From Octopus sinensis (lineage: Eukaryota): 64,000 bases of DNA. Below the pieces are notes generated by a model. It did no database searches and was not told where the DNA came from. It saw nothing but the letters and a program-made list of their open reading frames with translations. Location: positions 14,508,001-14,572,000 of the forward strand of contig NC_042999.1 in NCBI RefSeq assembly GCF_006345805.1, read 5' to 3'. The translations under genes were made by a program, and so were the position numbers. This document shows positions 12,917 through 25,506 of the stretch, piece after piece; the first letter of the stretch is position 1; every line of letters begins with the position of its first letter.

Positions 12917-13207
12917 TTATATTAGAAGAGTATTAAGGAAACTTATATTAGAAGAATTACGGAGATGTACTTGCATAGCAAGTAACCTGATCTGAGATCG
13001 TGTGCTGGAACAAAAACAATTGCAGCGTGGAAGGTGTTTGATGTTTTGTCAGTGAACAGGTCACGGTCTCAAAGCAACGAAAATATTTCGACAAGTTAAA
13101 TTTAAATGTTGAAGTGAATCTAACGGTTTTTGTGTATTTCTTAAATGGCTTATAAATAAACACCTTCCACACTGCAATTGTTTATATTAGAAGAGTATTA
13201 AGGAAAT
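12917..13207. mobile_element. Small insertion between 25-bp direct repeats, containing a 26-bp inverted repeat
   Basis: TTATATTAGAAGAGTATTAAGGAAA at 12917-12941 and 13183-13207; AAACAATTGCAG(C/T)GTGGAAGGTGTTT at 13014-13039 and inverted at 13158-13183. Confidence 0.75.
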
Positions 13208-14946
13208 TGTACAGCTAGAGTAATGGTTATGATATTTTGCAAATCAAAACAAAGCATTTATAAATCTGTGTGTTCGTTGCATTGCAGCCGTCATTTCTGC
13301 ATACATCTTAATCAACCACAAAGAAATAAGGTGCCTCTCTTTTTTAATCACGTTTGCTTGATTGAGTGAGTGTCTGCTTTTTCTGGTATCTCAGAAATTG
13401 CTCAAGCTAATAAGTTTTTTTTTTTTTTTCACTTGTGATTATTTAGGAAAATGATTTGTTTTTAACTTCAAAGTTTTGCTGTTTTAACAAATTATTTGTA
13501 TCTGTGCTAGGTAAGCTAAGAGTTATTGGAAAAAATACCATGATAAATCGACTTAATTTAAAATGAAATACAGTAGAGATACATGCATGCACACATGGGT
13601 ACATGGTAACAGAATTTCTTTCATATAATGCTGGCTCTTCTAGCCAACAGTGTAGAATACATTCAAATACTAACCACACAGTGAAAAATTCTCTTTTCTT
13701 TTTCAATCTTTCAGGCTATTATTTCTTGGAATTACATAATTGAATAGGAGTGGTATATACATCAAATGTAGATGTACTTGTTTTAGATTTATCTTTGTGT
13801 CTCGAGGCAAATGTTGTTCTTCGCTAGAGAAAGTCCTTTTAGATAAGAGTTGTTGGAGCTGAGTGAATTGATTCTGATTGGTTCTGTTGCAGGAAAACTG
13901 AAATGTAATGCAATGTTGTTGATTACCTTATCAATCAAGCCCGACTGATAAGACCTATAATCAAAGAAGTTCCAACCATGACCATCCCATATTTCTTGTA
14001 TTGTTCTTTAAATATATCTTACTGTTTCTTTTAAAACTGTAAAGCGGGAGTTCTAAATCATGATTTCATGGCACACTTCAAAAGAAAAAGTTAAAACGGA
14101 ACTGTTTAATGTTAAAAGTCTACCACTAGTAAAGAGAAACCTGTTGCTGACAATGTCTTGTGAAGCATATAAGTGTATAACAAAATTTTGAATAAGACAG
14201 CCATCTAAATATCATACTTAATGAATATACACCATTAACAAGCAAGTTTCTGGAATTTTCATCCAAAATAAAATCTCTTGTGGACGTACTGTGTTTAAAA
14301 ACATGATAGTGCTAAGAGTACCATATGAGTGAGATCGTTGCCAGAGCAACAAGCAGGCCTTCGTGCCAATGGCACATTAAAAACACCATTCGAGCGTGAT
14401 CGTTATCTGTGTCGCTCTACTAGCACTTGTGCTGGTAGCACGTGAAAAAAACATTCGAGCGAGGTCGTTGCCAGTGCTGCTGGACTGCTTGCCCGGACTT
14501 GTGCCTGGGAGGGTAACTTTCTAGGTGCAATCCCATGGTCAGTCATGACTGAACGGGGTCTCAACGTTTAACAGAATAATCTGAATGCTAAAGGGTTAAG
14601 GGAAACTTGGCTACTTTTTCTAGCAAGATGAGCGACCACATTGCAGCGTGTCTCATTGGTGCTAGTCAGGTAACCTGGAACATACAGGTTTGTTGATGTT
14701 CTATGGTAGACTGTTGATCTTTGAAAGGAATGCTTTGCTTGAAATGTTTGATGTAGGTCTTAGTGAAACAGTACGGGTGATGAAAAAGAAAGGAGGTGTG
14801 TTTAACGACTGTGTACCTGTGTTAGGAAAGCTATAGTGCATCATTACGTAAGTACCAACTCTGGAAATTCTGGTAGCTTGTTTAACATTAACATATTCTC
14901 AATTTGTCTTTCGTTTTCTCATTTCTTTTTATGCTTTTTCTTAAAG

Positions 14947-14977
14947 AGAACACCAAGTGTTTCTTGATGTGGAGATG
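14947..14977 (+). other. Candidate 31-nt exon (EHQVFLDVEM, or UTR ending in ATG)
   Basis: Long polypyrimidine tract ending TTAAAG; donor ATG|GTGAGC; upstream donor TAC|GTAAGT at 14848 would define a 99-nt intron. Confidence 0.35.
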
Positions 14978-15611
14978 GTGAGCGAGTGAGTGAGCGAGTA
15001 AACTTGTGTGATGTGTAAAGAAATAGAGGATGTTTTATAGTGGTTGTTGTTGTTGTTTTTTTAAAATTTTATTGCTTGTATCACGTTGAAAATTATTCAT
15101 GAGAAATACAGGTGTGATATAGCTCTTCATCTGAGAAATAAATACTATTTACTTTATCAAGGCTGCTTTTTCTTTTTTTCTGTGTAATTTTTTTCTCTCT
15201 CTTTTGCAATTATAAAATGTGTGAATTGGAAGATATGACCATGTTTAATCATCCTGTTTAACGTCTTGGCCTAAACTTTAATTGGAATAAAATAAAAATT
15301 ATAAAAAAACAATAAATACATACATTTACAAAAAAAATACAAAACACCCAGCCAGTCACAATTCCTTAATCTGGCTTTTGTTCTTTTATTTTTTGTTTTG
15401 TTTTGTTTACTAAGTGGTTTTTTGCTTGTTTGTTTACTATTTTATTATTGTTGTTGTTGCTGTTACTACTACTACTACTACTTCCATCACTTAAGTGACA
15501 AAATACACTTTTTCTTAATAATTGCCATTTCATATTATATCTCATTATCAGCAAAAAAGCAATTTTTTTTCTCTCTCTAGATTAGTTCATGTTTTGACCT
15601 TTCACATTCAT

Positions 15612-15792
15612 CAACTGCTGCTGCTGCTGCTGCTGCTGCTTCTTCTTCTTCTTCTTCTTCTTCGTCGTCTTCATTTTCTTCTTCTTCATCGTCATCTTCT
15701 TCTTCTTCTCCTTCTTCATCGTCATCTTCTTCTTCTTCTTCTTCGTCATCTTCTTCTTCTTCGTCTTCTTCGTCGTCATCATCTTCTTCTTC
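15612..15792. repeat. Compound (CTG)n/(CTT)n/(CAT,CGT)n trinucleotide repeat
   Basis: Direct reading; adjacent to SINE B remnants. Confidence 0.9.
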
Positions 15793-16159
15793 CAGAGCAC
15801 TAACGAAAATGTGCTTTACTATTTCTTCTGCCTGGGTTCCAATCCCAGTGATGAAAGCTTTGCCTTTCATTCTTCCAGGGTCAATAAAAATAAAGTACCC
15901 ATCAAGTACTGGGGTCGATGGTATTGATTGACAACCTCCCCTCCCCTCAAAATTGCAGGCCTTGTGCCACTGAAACCAAAATTAAAAGCAGCAATCTGGC
16001 AGAAAGAATCAAGCATCAATGTCTTGTGTATTTCTTTTGGTTTTTTAATTCTGAATTCCAATCCGACCATAGACAACTATTTTCATCCCTTTGGGGTCAT
16101 TGTTATCAACTAAGTCTCTCCCTTAAAAATTTCTGGCCTTGTGTCTAAGTCATGCATTT

Positions 16160-16320
16160 CATTCGTCTTCACATTCTGAGTTCAAATTCCACTGAGGTCA
16201 ACTTTGCCTTTCATCCTTTCAGGGTTGATAAATAAAGTACCAGTGAAACACTGGGGTTGATGTAATCAACTAGTCCCCTTCCCCCATATTTCAGGCCTTG
16301 TGTCTTTAATAGAAAGAATT
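16160..16320 (+). mobile_element. SINE family B fragment
   Basis: GAGTTCAAATTCC...GTCAACTTTGCCTTTCATCCTTTCAGGGTTGATAAATAAAGTACCAG; another fragment at about 15815-15975. Confidence 0.75.
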
Positions 16321-17377
16321 ATTTCCTCCACCTTAGCGAAGGTGGAGATATTGTTTTCAATCATGTTTGTTTGTCGGTGGACAATATATCTCAAGAACCA
16401 CCTGATGGATTTGGATGAAACTTTCATGGATGTTTGGCCTTATGACTGGCATGAACTGATTAGATTTTGGGATCAATCTGGTACCAGACAAGGATTCTAG
16501 ATTATTTGTTGTATTTACTTTACATGAAGTATTACAATCTTATGTTCTTTCATGTCTTACTCTGATTATCTCCCTTGAAAACATGCTCATGGTTACCATG
16601 TAGGTTATGATGGCATTGCTGTTTCCAAAGCTTTATTTTCATTTCTGTATTTTTAATTTTACTTGTATCTCTATCTTAGTAGAAACTGATGGATAAAGAA
16701 ATCAAACTACATAAACAAATGGCAGCAAAACCATTCAGAAATGGAATAACACTAACATATTCAGTAACAATAATAAATTTAATTTATCCTTGACAGTTTT
16801 TAGTTTTACCAATTTTGAATACATCACTTCTGTTTAAAACTTCATACCTACTTGACAATTGCATTTCTAGCTCTGCCTTAAAGGAATCTTTACTTCTTGG
16901 ACTCACGTTTTTGTGTGCAATGATGTTGTTAAACCTCCATTAACAGCACTGTATGCAGGTCTTTTCTGTTTTCTTACATGCACAGATAAATTTATCACTA
17001 TAGACCTTAATGGTCATAAAGACACTATATCAGTGGATAGACTAAAAAAGGCCTTCATATAGAGAAAATTGTCCCTATTCCCACTGCAGATGACACACAC
17101 ACAGCTTTAAAAACATGGTCCACACACCCACCTTCACATTCAATGACTACCATTGGGATCGATCAGGTACTGGACAAGGATTCTGGATTATTTTTCTGTT
17201 TTTTTACTTAATTTTTGAGAGCTGTCAGGTTCATTTTTAGTATTCTGTTTGTAAGAGCAGTCGAGTTTATTTCAGATATTCTCATTTTAATAATCATCTC
17301 TGGCTAATTGTTGAGGGGACGTTGGAGTTGCCTTGGAGGATGTTAGTGTTGCCTTGGCAGAGGTTCTCTGAGTGCTC

Positions 17378-17380
<3 letters not shown>
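16321..17380 (+). mobile_element. Helentron/HINE-like non-autonomous element, interrupted
   Basis: 5' hairpin CTCCACCTT-AGCG-AAGGTGGAG, TTTG microsatellite, GATGAAACTTTCA, 3' GCCTTGGCAGAGG...CTCTGAGTGCTC end; 39-bp internal duplication at 16469 and 17155. Confidence 0.6.
16883..17062 (+). pseudogene. Ty3/Gypsy LTR-retrotransposon pol relic, integrase C-terminal (GPY/F) region
   Basis: Translates GIFTSWTHVFVCNDVVKPPLTALYAGLFCFLTCTDKFITIDLNGHKDTISVDRLKKAFI*, matching the Gypsy pattern THVFVR.D.VKPPL...Y.GPF.V..R.DK.F.ID.NG..DTVS.DRLKPA; in-frame stops upstream. Confidence 0.8.
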
Positions 17381-17430
<50 letters not shown>

Positions 17431-18245
17431 TATTATTATTTTTATTATTATTATTATTACTATTATTATGGGAAGCCAGAAGGCTGCACCAGACCCAGTC
17501 AATAATAGTAATAATAATAGTAATAATAATATAGTAATAATAATAATAATAATAGTAATAATAATAATAATAGTAATGATAATAGTAATAATCATCATCA
17601 TCATCATCATCATCATTTAGCGTCTGCTAGCATGGAGAACGGACGCTAAATGATGATGATGATGATGATGATGATTATTACTATTATCATTACTATTATT
17701 ATTATTATTACTATTATTATATTATTATTATATTATTATTATACTATTATTATTATTTTTATTATTATTATTATTACTATTATTATGGGAAGCCAGAAGG
17801 CTGCACCAGACCCAGTCAATAATAGTAATATAATAGTAATAATAATAATAGTAATAATAATAATAATATAGTAATAATAATAATAATAGTAATGATAATA
17901 GTAATAATCATCATCATCATCATCATCATCATTTAGCGTCTGCTAGCATGGAGAACGGACGCTAAATGATGATGATGATGATGATGATGATTATTACTAT
18001 TATCATTACTATTATTATTATTATTACTATTATTATTATTATTATTACTATTATTATTACTATTATTATTATTATATTATTATTATTATTATTATTATTA
18101 CTATTATTATTATTATTACTATTATTATTACTATTATTGACTGGGTCTGGTGCAGCCTTCTGGCTTCCCAGACCCCAGTTGAACCGTCCAACCCATGCCA
18201 GCATGGAAAGCGGACGCTAAACGATGATATTATTATTATTATTAT
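17381..18245. repeat. (ATT)n/(AAT)n array with ~317-bp tandem unit and 385-bp palindrome built from family C fragments
   Basis: TGGGAAGCCAGAAGGCTGCACCAGACCCAGTC at 17469 and 17786, inverted copy ending at 18170. Confidence 0.85.
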
Positions 18246-19023
18246 CATATATCTTTTAAAGTTGTAGTGTCTCCCCTTGATTGATGTAAATCCCACCTGT
18301 TTCGTGTGTTGTATCTAGTCCTTTGATATTGCCCTCCATGTCTCGGGACCTTGTGGCCAATAAAAGAAATCATTATTATTGAAATTACTACTACAGCTAC
18401 TACTGCTGTTATTAATAATGGAATGGTGGAGTGTCTCACATGATGGAATATAGGATTAAATACTTTCAGGTATTTAAGCTACATGTCTTCTTTGCATCCT
18501 GCATTTAAATTCAGCCAAGTTCAACTTTGCCTTTCAATATGTACCATCAGTCAAGTACTTATCATGATTAAATCAACTATTTCTCTTTTTCCTCCAAAAC
18601 CTGTGACATTGTGCCAGTCCTAGAAAGTATTATATAATAATAATGACAACAGCAGCAACAACAATAATCATAGTAATAATAATAATGATAATAATAATAA
18701 TAATAATAATATCCAGCATTGTATGTGCGGTGGTGGGAATAAAGATTGAGTGACATTCAGACATTTCCTAAGGACAATCCACTTTACTTATACAGCTAAT
18801 ACTCTTAAGAAAAGCATAAATGTCAAACTATGTCAGTGTTTTTTTTTCCTTTAAAAATTAGCGCTTTTACATCTAAGTAGAAAATCAATACATATAGGAA
18901 AAATCAATATATATATTGATAGATAGATATATTGAAAAGTATGTGTGTGTATATATGTATAGATAGATATTCTTACACAAACACAGCTACAAAGTTAGTT
19001 ATATTCATATAGCTATGGCGATA

Positions 19024-19090
<67 letters not shown>

Positions 19091-19272
19091 TGTAAATGTG
19101 CTGTAAAGTATATTAAAATATATTTTACTAAGTGCAAACATTATCTTGCATAGAACACAATACATTGACTTGAGTGGATAGGCAAGTTTAATAATAATAA
19201 TGAGCTTATTGTATACAGTACTCAGGTGTACTACAACTTATAAACACACACACATCTCTCTTCCCCTCTCTT

Positions 19273-19303
<31 letters not shown>

Positions 19304-19489
19304 CTATCGGTCTATCATGTTCAAATGTAAGATGTTGATATGATATCCATTGATTTTTGGAAAATAGAAAAAATTACCCAATACCATAACTGAGCTGTTT
19401 GTTTTACGCTGATTACTTCAATTCCTGGGGAAATTCCATGGACCACATGCCATGAGAAGTAACAGGCCACTGGATTACCTTAAATAAAC

Positions 19490-19542
<53 letters not shown>

Positions 19543-19546
<4 letters not shown>

Positions 19547-19890
19547 GCTGTGTGGTAAGTAGCTTGCTAACCAACCACATGGTTCTGGGTTCAGTCCCAC
19601 TGCGTGGAATCTTGGGCAAGTGTCTTCTGCTATAGCCCCGGGCTGACCAATGCCTTGTTAGTGGATTTGGTAGACGGAAACTGAAAGAAGCTTGTCGTAT
19701 ATATGTATATATATATATGTATGTGTTTGTCCTCCTAGCATTGTTTGACAACCGATGCTGGTGTGTTTACGTCCCTGTCACTTAGCGGTTCGACAAAAAG
19801 AGACTGATAGAATAAGTACTAGGCTTACAAAGAATAAGTCCCGGGGTCAATTTGCTCAACTAAAGTCAAAATGACTGAAACAAGTAGAAA
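19543..19890 (+). mobile_element. SINE family A
   Basis: Near-identical to the 9919 copy; follows (TG)n(TA)n. Confidence 0.9.
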
Positions 19891-20394
19891 AAAAAAATAT
19901 ATATATATATATAAATGGAGTTTAACGCAGGTATAAGTCAAATACTTTTGCTTTCGACATATGTTTCGAAGTTTTCATAGATATTATTCAAAAGAATAAA
20001 TGGTATAAAACAATGCAATCTTCTCTTTACTTGTGTGATTTTTTGCTACCCTGGTAACTATTTATTTATTTTTTCCATGTTAATTATTAACAAGGCAAAA
20101 ATACACTCTTCTATTCATATATATATATAGTTAAATACTTTATTTAAAGCAGCAGAAAATAAAGCATATTACTCTACCACTGGTATTTGAGTACTCTTTT
20201 TCCCACCTTGTTTCTCATTTATGTGTTTATTCCAGTATATAGTTAAATAGAAAGATATAGATATATGTATGTATATATACGTATGATCAATTCAAGTAAA
20301 CAATCTAAATAAACGAATAAGAAAAAAAACAACAACAAAAACATGAATGTGCACAAGAAATGTTAGCTTGATTCTCAGTGAAAGGAGAGAGAGT

Positions 20395-20421
20395 GACGTT
20401 TCAAGCATATCACTTCATCAG
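20395..20421 (-). ncRNA. Degenerate minimal hammerhead-ribozyme-like motif
   Basis: Minus strand CTGATGA-AGTGATATGCTT-GAAAC-GTC: core boxes, palindromic ACGT helix III and GUC site; stems I and II poorly paired. Confidence 0.3.
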
Positions 20422-20817
20422 AAATGAGAAAGGGAAAAGTCCAAAGATGGAAAAGAAATTTCCAATGGCACACACGTAGTTACATTATATATATATTTAT
20501 TTATTTGTAGTTAGATAGATATTGATACATATATATAGTGTGTATGTGTGTGTATGCAAGAACTGATTCAAAGAGTCAAACAGAGCTCACTGTAAGCTTG
20601 TTACCTGTTGCATGGCTATCAAGAGGCAGTGATTAAGGATAGGATATAGCCTCACTGTCATTATGAAATTCCAGGATTTGCAATGGTGGAGAGAATGTAG
20701 AAACATTGACCAGTGAAGTGAAGTGAATGTTTATTCCATTAGTTACATACGTGACACTATATCATCTGTCACACAAATAAATACACACACAATATACATA
20801 TATATATATATATTTGT

Positions 20818-21153
20818 GAAGGTGCATGGCTCAGTGATTAGAGCATCAAGCTTACAATCGTGAGGTTGTGAGTTTGATTCCCAGACTGGGCCACGTGTTG
20901 CATTCTTGAGCAAGACACTTTATTTCACACACGTTACTCCAGTTCACTCAGCTGTAGAAATGAGTTGCGATGCCACTAGTGCCAAGCTGTATCGGCCTTT
21001 GCATTTCCCTTGGATAACATCAGTGGCGTGGTGAGAGGAGGCTGGTATGCATGGGTGACTGCTGGTCTTCCATAAACAACCTTGCCTGGACTTGTACCTC
21101 GGAGAGTAACTTTCTAGGTGCAATCCCATGGTCATTCATGACCGAAGGGGGTC
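20818..21153 (+). mobile_element. SINE family D, tail type 3
   Basis: Same tRNA head and CORE-like block as 8936, different 3' end (...CTTTCTAGGTGCAATCCCATGGTCATTCATGACCGAAGGGGGTC). Confidence 0.8.
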
Positions 21154-21162
21154 ACACTCACA

Positions 21163-21605
21163 TCATCATCATCATCATCGTTTAACGTCCGTTCTCCATG
21201 CTAGCATGGGTTGGACGGTTCGACCGGAGATCTGGGAAGCCAGAAGGCTGCACCAGGCTCCGGTCTTATCTGGCAATATTTCTACAGCTGGATGCCCTTC
21301 CTAACGCAAACCACTCCGTGAGTGTAGTGGGTGCTTTTTACGTGCCACCTGCATTGGAGCCAGGCGAGGCTGGCATCGGCCACGGTCGGATTGGTGCATT
21401 TTACGTGCCACCTGCACGGAAGCCAGTCGAGACGGCACTGGCTTCGGCCACGATTCGGATGGTGCTTTTTACGTGTCACCGACACGGAAGCCAGTCGAGG
21501 CGGTGCTGGTATCGGCCACGATTCAGATAGTGCTTTTTACGTATCTCCAGTCCAGGGGTCCTGGCATCTGCCAGGTGCCAGTCATAGGATTGGTTCAATT
21601 TCGAT
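21163..21605 (-). mobile_element. Retroposon family C (young, several internal subrepeats)
   Basis: (CAT)n-CGTTTAACGTCCGTTCTCCATGCTAGCATGG then repeated GGTGCTTTTTACGTGCCACC units; CpG-rich. Confidence 0.85.
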
Positions 21606-23419
21606 TCACTATATATATATATATATATTTAAGGTCATTTCTATAGATATTTTATAGAAACTATAGTTTCTAATGTTTCGTTAAAAATAATGGAGCTTGT
21701 AGCAAAAATCAGTGTTGGTTATAGTTTTGATAGGATATCTGTAAAAACAACTTTTAAAAAATGTAACAAGCACTGCTGATGCGGTGGGACATGGTACTGA
21801 CTTATAAGAATATTTAGTATACTTCATAGTATATTGTGTTTGCATAACAAAGTGCCATGTACCTCCAATCCTTTAATATAACCCATGCCAGCATGGAAAG
21901 CAAACATTAAACGACAATGATTATGATGTTGGTAGTGATGATGATTATATATATATATATATAGTAACAAACTGAGGAAAAGAGTTCCTTCAGAGGGGTT
22001 TGTTAAACATCCAATTCACTGGTACATCAATAGTAACTCTCTACTTAATTTATCTTCTATATATATGTGTGTGTGTATATATATATGTGTGTGTATATAT
22101 ATATATATATAGACACACACATACATACATACATACACCAATAAATGTAATTGTGCTGTAATATAATGAGCAGACCACACTTGGGAACATTTCTAGGTAT
22201 GTCAAAGAACCAGTCTGGTCTTTTGATTTGCCATGAAATGTTCTGATGTGTACTTTGTTCATTATATTACAGTTGTATTGTGTTACACTGCAATTGTGTT
22301 TTGGGGTGTATATAAATATATATATTTATATACATGTGACAGATGACGTAGTGTCACTGATGTAACTAGCACAGATAACAAAACAGGTGTGAAGAAATGG
22401 AATGAACACCTTTTCTGTCACTTCACTTCTTTTATCAGATCTCTCTCTCTGCTCATATATATATATTGTTATACCTGACAATTGTCATCTTTTGCCAATC
22501 AAACACATACACTATTAATTTGCATTATTATTATTATTATCATTGTTATTATTGTTTTTTTTGTGAAGGTTCTTTCATCACACATTCTATGACCTGTTTA
22601 GAAAATTTCTGTCCCATGAGTGTCCTCTTGTCGTGCCTATTCTACTTGGTGTTTAATTAGCAAAAATTGACCATACTCATGTATAACAATATTTGTTTCA
22701 ACACATGATTTCTCATCAAGAATCTCACATAATTAATACATAAATGTGTGTATGCATTCCATTCCATTGTAGCTACCTCTGATGTGTGCAGGGCTACATA
22801 ATCAGACTGTTACCTAACACTCTGTTGGACCCTGAGTGCAAAACTGATTGATCAGATCAGCCGTAATGGATATATAATACTATACACTTATATATCAAAG
22901 GGCATCTAGCTGTGGAAATCACGCCAAAGCAGACACAGGAATTTGGCGCAGTCCTCTAGCTCACCTCCCTCTATCAAACTGTCCAACCCATGCCAGCATG
23001 GAAAGTGGATGATAGATGATGATGATGGTGCATATGATGTATATAAATATATATATATATATGTATATAACATTATATGTATTTACACACGCACACTCAT
23101 AGAAAAACGTGTAACTACAAACACACACTGCATAATGATTTCAGAGGGTTGTATATGGGGGAGGGGAGAAGTTTCATGTATGACCTTTTTAATATCATTC
23201 CTACTTTTGCCTCTCTCTTGTGGTTATTAAATCAGGCTTTTCACTTTCATTCTGATTCTAGTCTTCCTGTCTTCCATAATGCACCGAGAAGTCTTCAGTG
23301 ACTAATTGATATTACAGCTTCCGCTGAGAGGATTTTTGTATGGAACCTTTTACATTTAGGAATTGCTATAAATTCACACAATATTCAAGCAAATTAATGT
23401 AATAAACTTTGTGTACTTA

Positions 23420-23612
23420 TATATATGTATGCATATATATATATATATATATGTATATCTATCTATATATGTGTGTGTGTGTATATGTGTGTGTATATCT
23501 ATATATATATATGTATATGTATATATATATATAATGTATATATATATATATGTATGAGTATATATATGTGTGTATATATCTATATATATATGTATATATC
23601 TATATTTATATA

Positions 23613-23643
<31 letters not shown>

Positions 23644-23965
23644 TATATATATATATATATATATATCTATTTATATATATATGTATATATATATATATAT
23701 ATTATATATATATCTATCTATTTATATATATATATATATTATATATATATCTATTATATATATATGTATATCTATATATATATCTATTTATATATATATG
23801 TATATATATATATATATCTATTTATATATATGTGTCTATTTATATATATGTGTCTATATATATATATCTATTTATATATATATATGTGTCTATATATATA
23901 TATCTATTTATATATATATGTGTCTATATATATATATATACATATATGTATATATATATATATAA
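23420..23965. repeat. Long degenerate (TA)n microsatellite/minisatellite
   Basis: TA runs with recurring TCTATTTATATA and TGTGTC interruptions. Confidence 0.95.
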
Positions 23966-24391
23966 GCATGCATGTATATCACTAGTTATTCCATTCATGC
24001 ATGAAAGTATATATGTCTTATATATTTATTCAATAGCCTTTCAGTGCCATAGTAGAGACCACATTTATTGGACTGCTCAAGACTTCCTGTCTTTTGTCCA
24101 CTCTGAGACATCACCCACCCCCACCAACTGCCCCACCGGCACCTCCCACCGCTCAACAATTCTCCCTCAATCTCTATCTGTCTGTCTCTCTCTCTCTCTC
24201 TCTCTTCCTTGCTCTTTTTTCTTCTTCTTCCTTCCTTCCTCCCTTTTTTTTTTTTTATTCCTCCTCTATTGCAATGTTGTAAACATGGTACTTATTAGTT
24301 TGACAGTCAAATGGAATTTGTCTCTGTAATAGTTGAATGGTTTATTGCAAAATGTTTTAGTCTTTTATCCATATTTTTTTCCTGGTTTTAT

Positions 24392-24443
<52 letters not shown>

Positions 24444-24528
24444 CCAAAGGAACAATTCTGAATATGAATGTTTTATGTGATTGATCATTTTCAAATACTC
24501 ATACATGTTTGTGGAATATTTATATATG

Positions 24529-24591
<63 letters not shown>

Positions 24592-24759
24592 AAAGAGAGA
24601 GAGAGAGAAAGAAGCATACATTGAGCATAAGTATGTATATATAATTAGGCACATATGTGTCTATGTATTTAGTTAGGCACACATTATGCATGCATTTGTG
24701 AATATATATATATGTATATATGAGAAAAAGAGAGAGAGATGGAGAGTGATGTATGTGTC

Positions 24760-24955
24760 ATCATCATCATCATCGTTTAAAGTCCGCTTTCCATTCTAGC
24801 ATGGTAGCATGGGTTGGATGATTTGACTGAGGACTGGTGAACCAGATGGCTGCACCAGGCTCCAATCTTGATCTGGCAGAGTTTCTACAGCTGGATGCCC
24901 TTCCTAATGTCAACCACTCCGGGAGTGTTGTGGGTGCTTTTACGTGCCACCGGCA
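24760..24955 (-). mobile_element. Retroposon family C
   Basis: (CAT)n-CGTTTAAAGTCCGCTTTCCAT and family body. Confidence 0.8.
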
Positions 24956-25283
24956 TATACATTATGTATATATATTCTTCTTTGCTTTTGCTTGATTCAG
25001 TTATGGTACCGTGGCCATGCTGGAGCACCAGCTTTTAAAGTAGTCACTCAAATAATGTCCCGTACTTATTTTTGTCAAGTTTGGTAATTTTCTTATTCTA
25101 CAAGCACCGGTATAGGAATAAGGATCAAATAGCCGTAAACTGTGAATTTCTAGTTCATTATAGTGGAAGCACAACCAACAGCAAAATGTATGAGAAGGGG
25201 TAACAACATCAACCATAATCCTGTAGTGATGGAATCAATTGTGTGAACATGTTTATTTTAACCACAATATATATGAGAGAAAA

Positions 25284-25506
25284 GCTGGCAGAATCATTAG
25301 CACGCCAGGCAAAATGCTTCGCAGTATTTTGTTTGCTGCTACATTCTGATTTCAAATTCTGCTGAGGTCAACTTTGATTTTCATCCTTTTGGGATTGGTT
25401 AAATAAGTACCAGTTATGCACTGGGATTGATGTAATCGACTTAATTCCTTTTTCTGTCCTTGTTTGTCCCCTCTATGTTTAACCCCCTGTGGGCAATAAA
25501 GAAATA
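25284..25506 (+). mobile_element. SINE family B with 18-bp target-site duplication
   Basis: AATATATATGAGAGAAAA at 25266-25283 and 25507-25524. Confidence 0.9.

Noticed and set aside
15577-15870. Acidic Glu/Asp-rich ORF resembling a nucleolin-type tract
   Set aside because: Pure trinucleotide repeat; its N-terminus is a SINE B remnant
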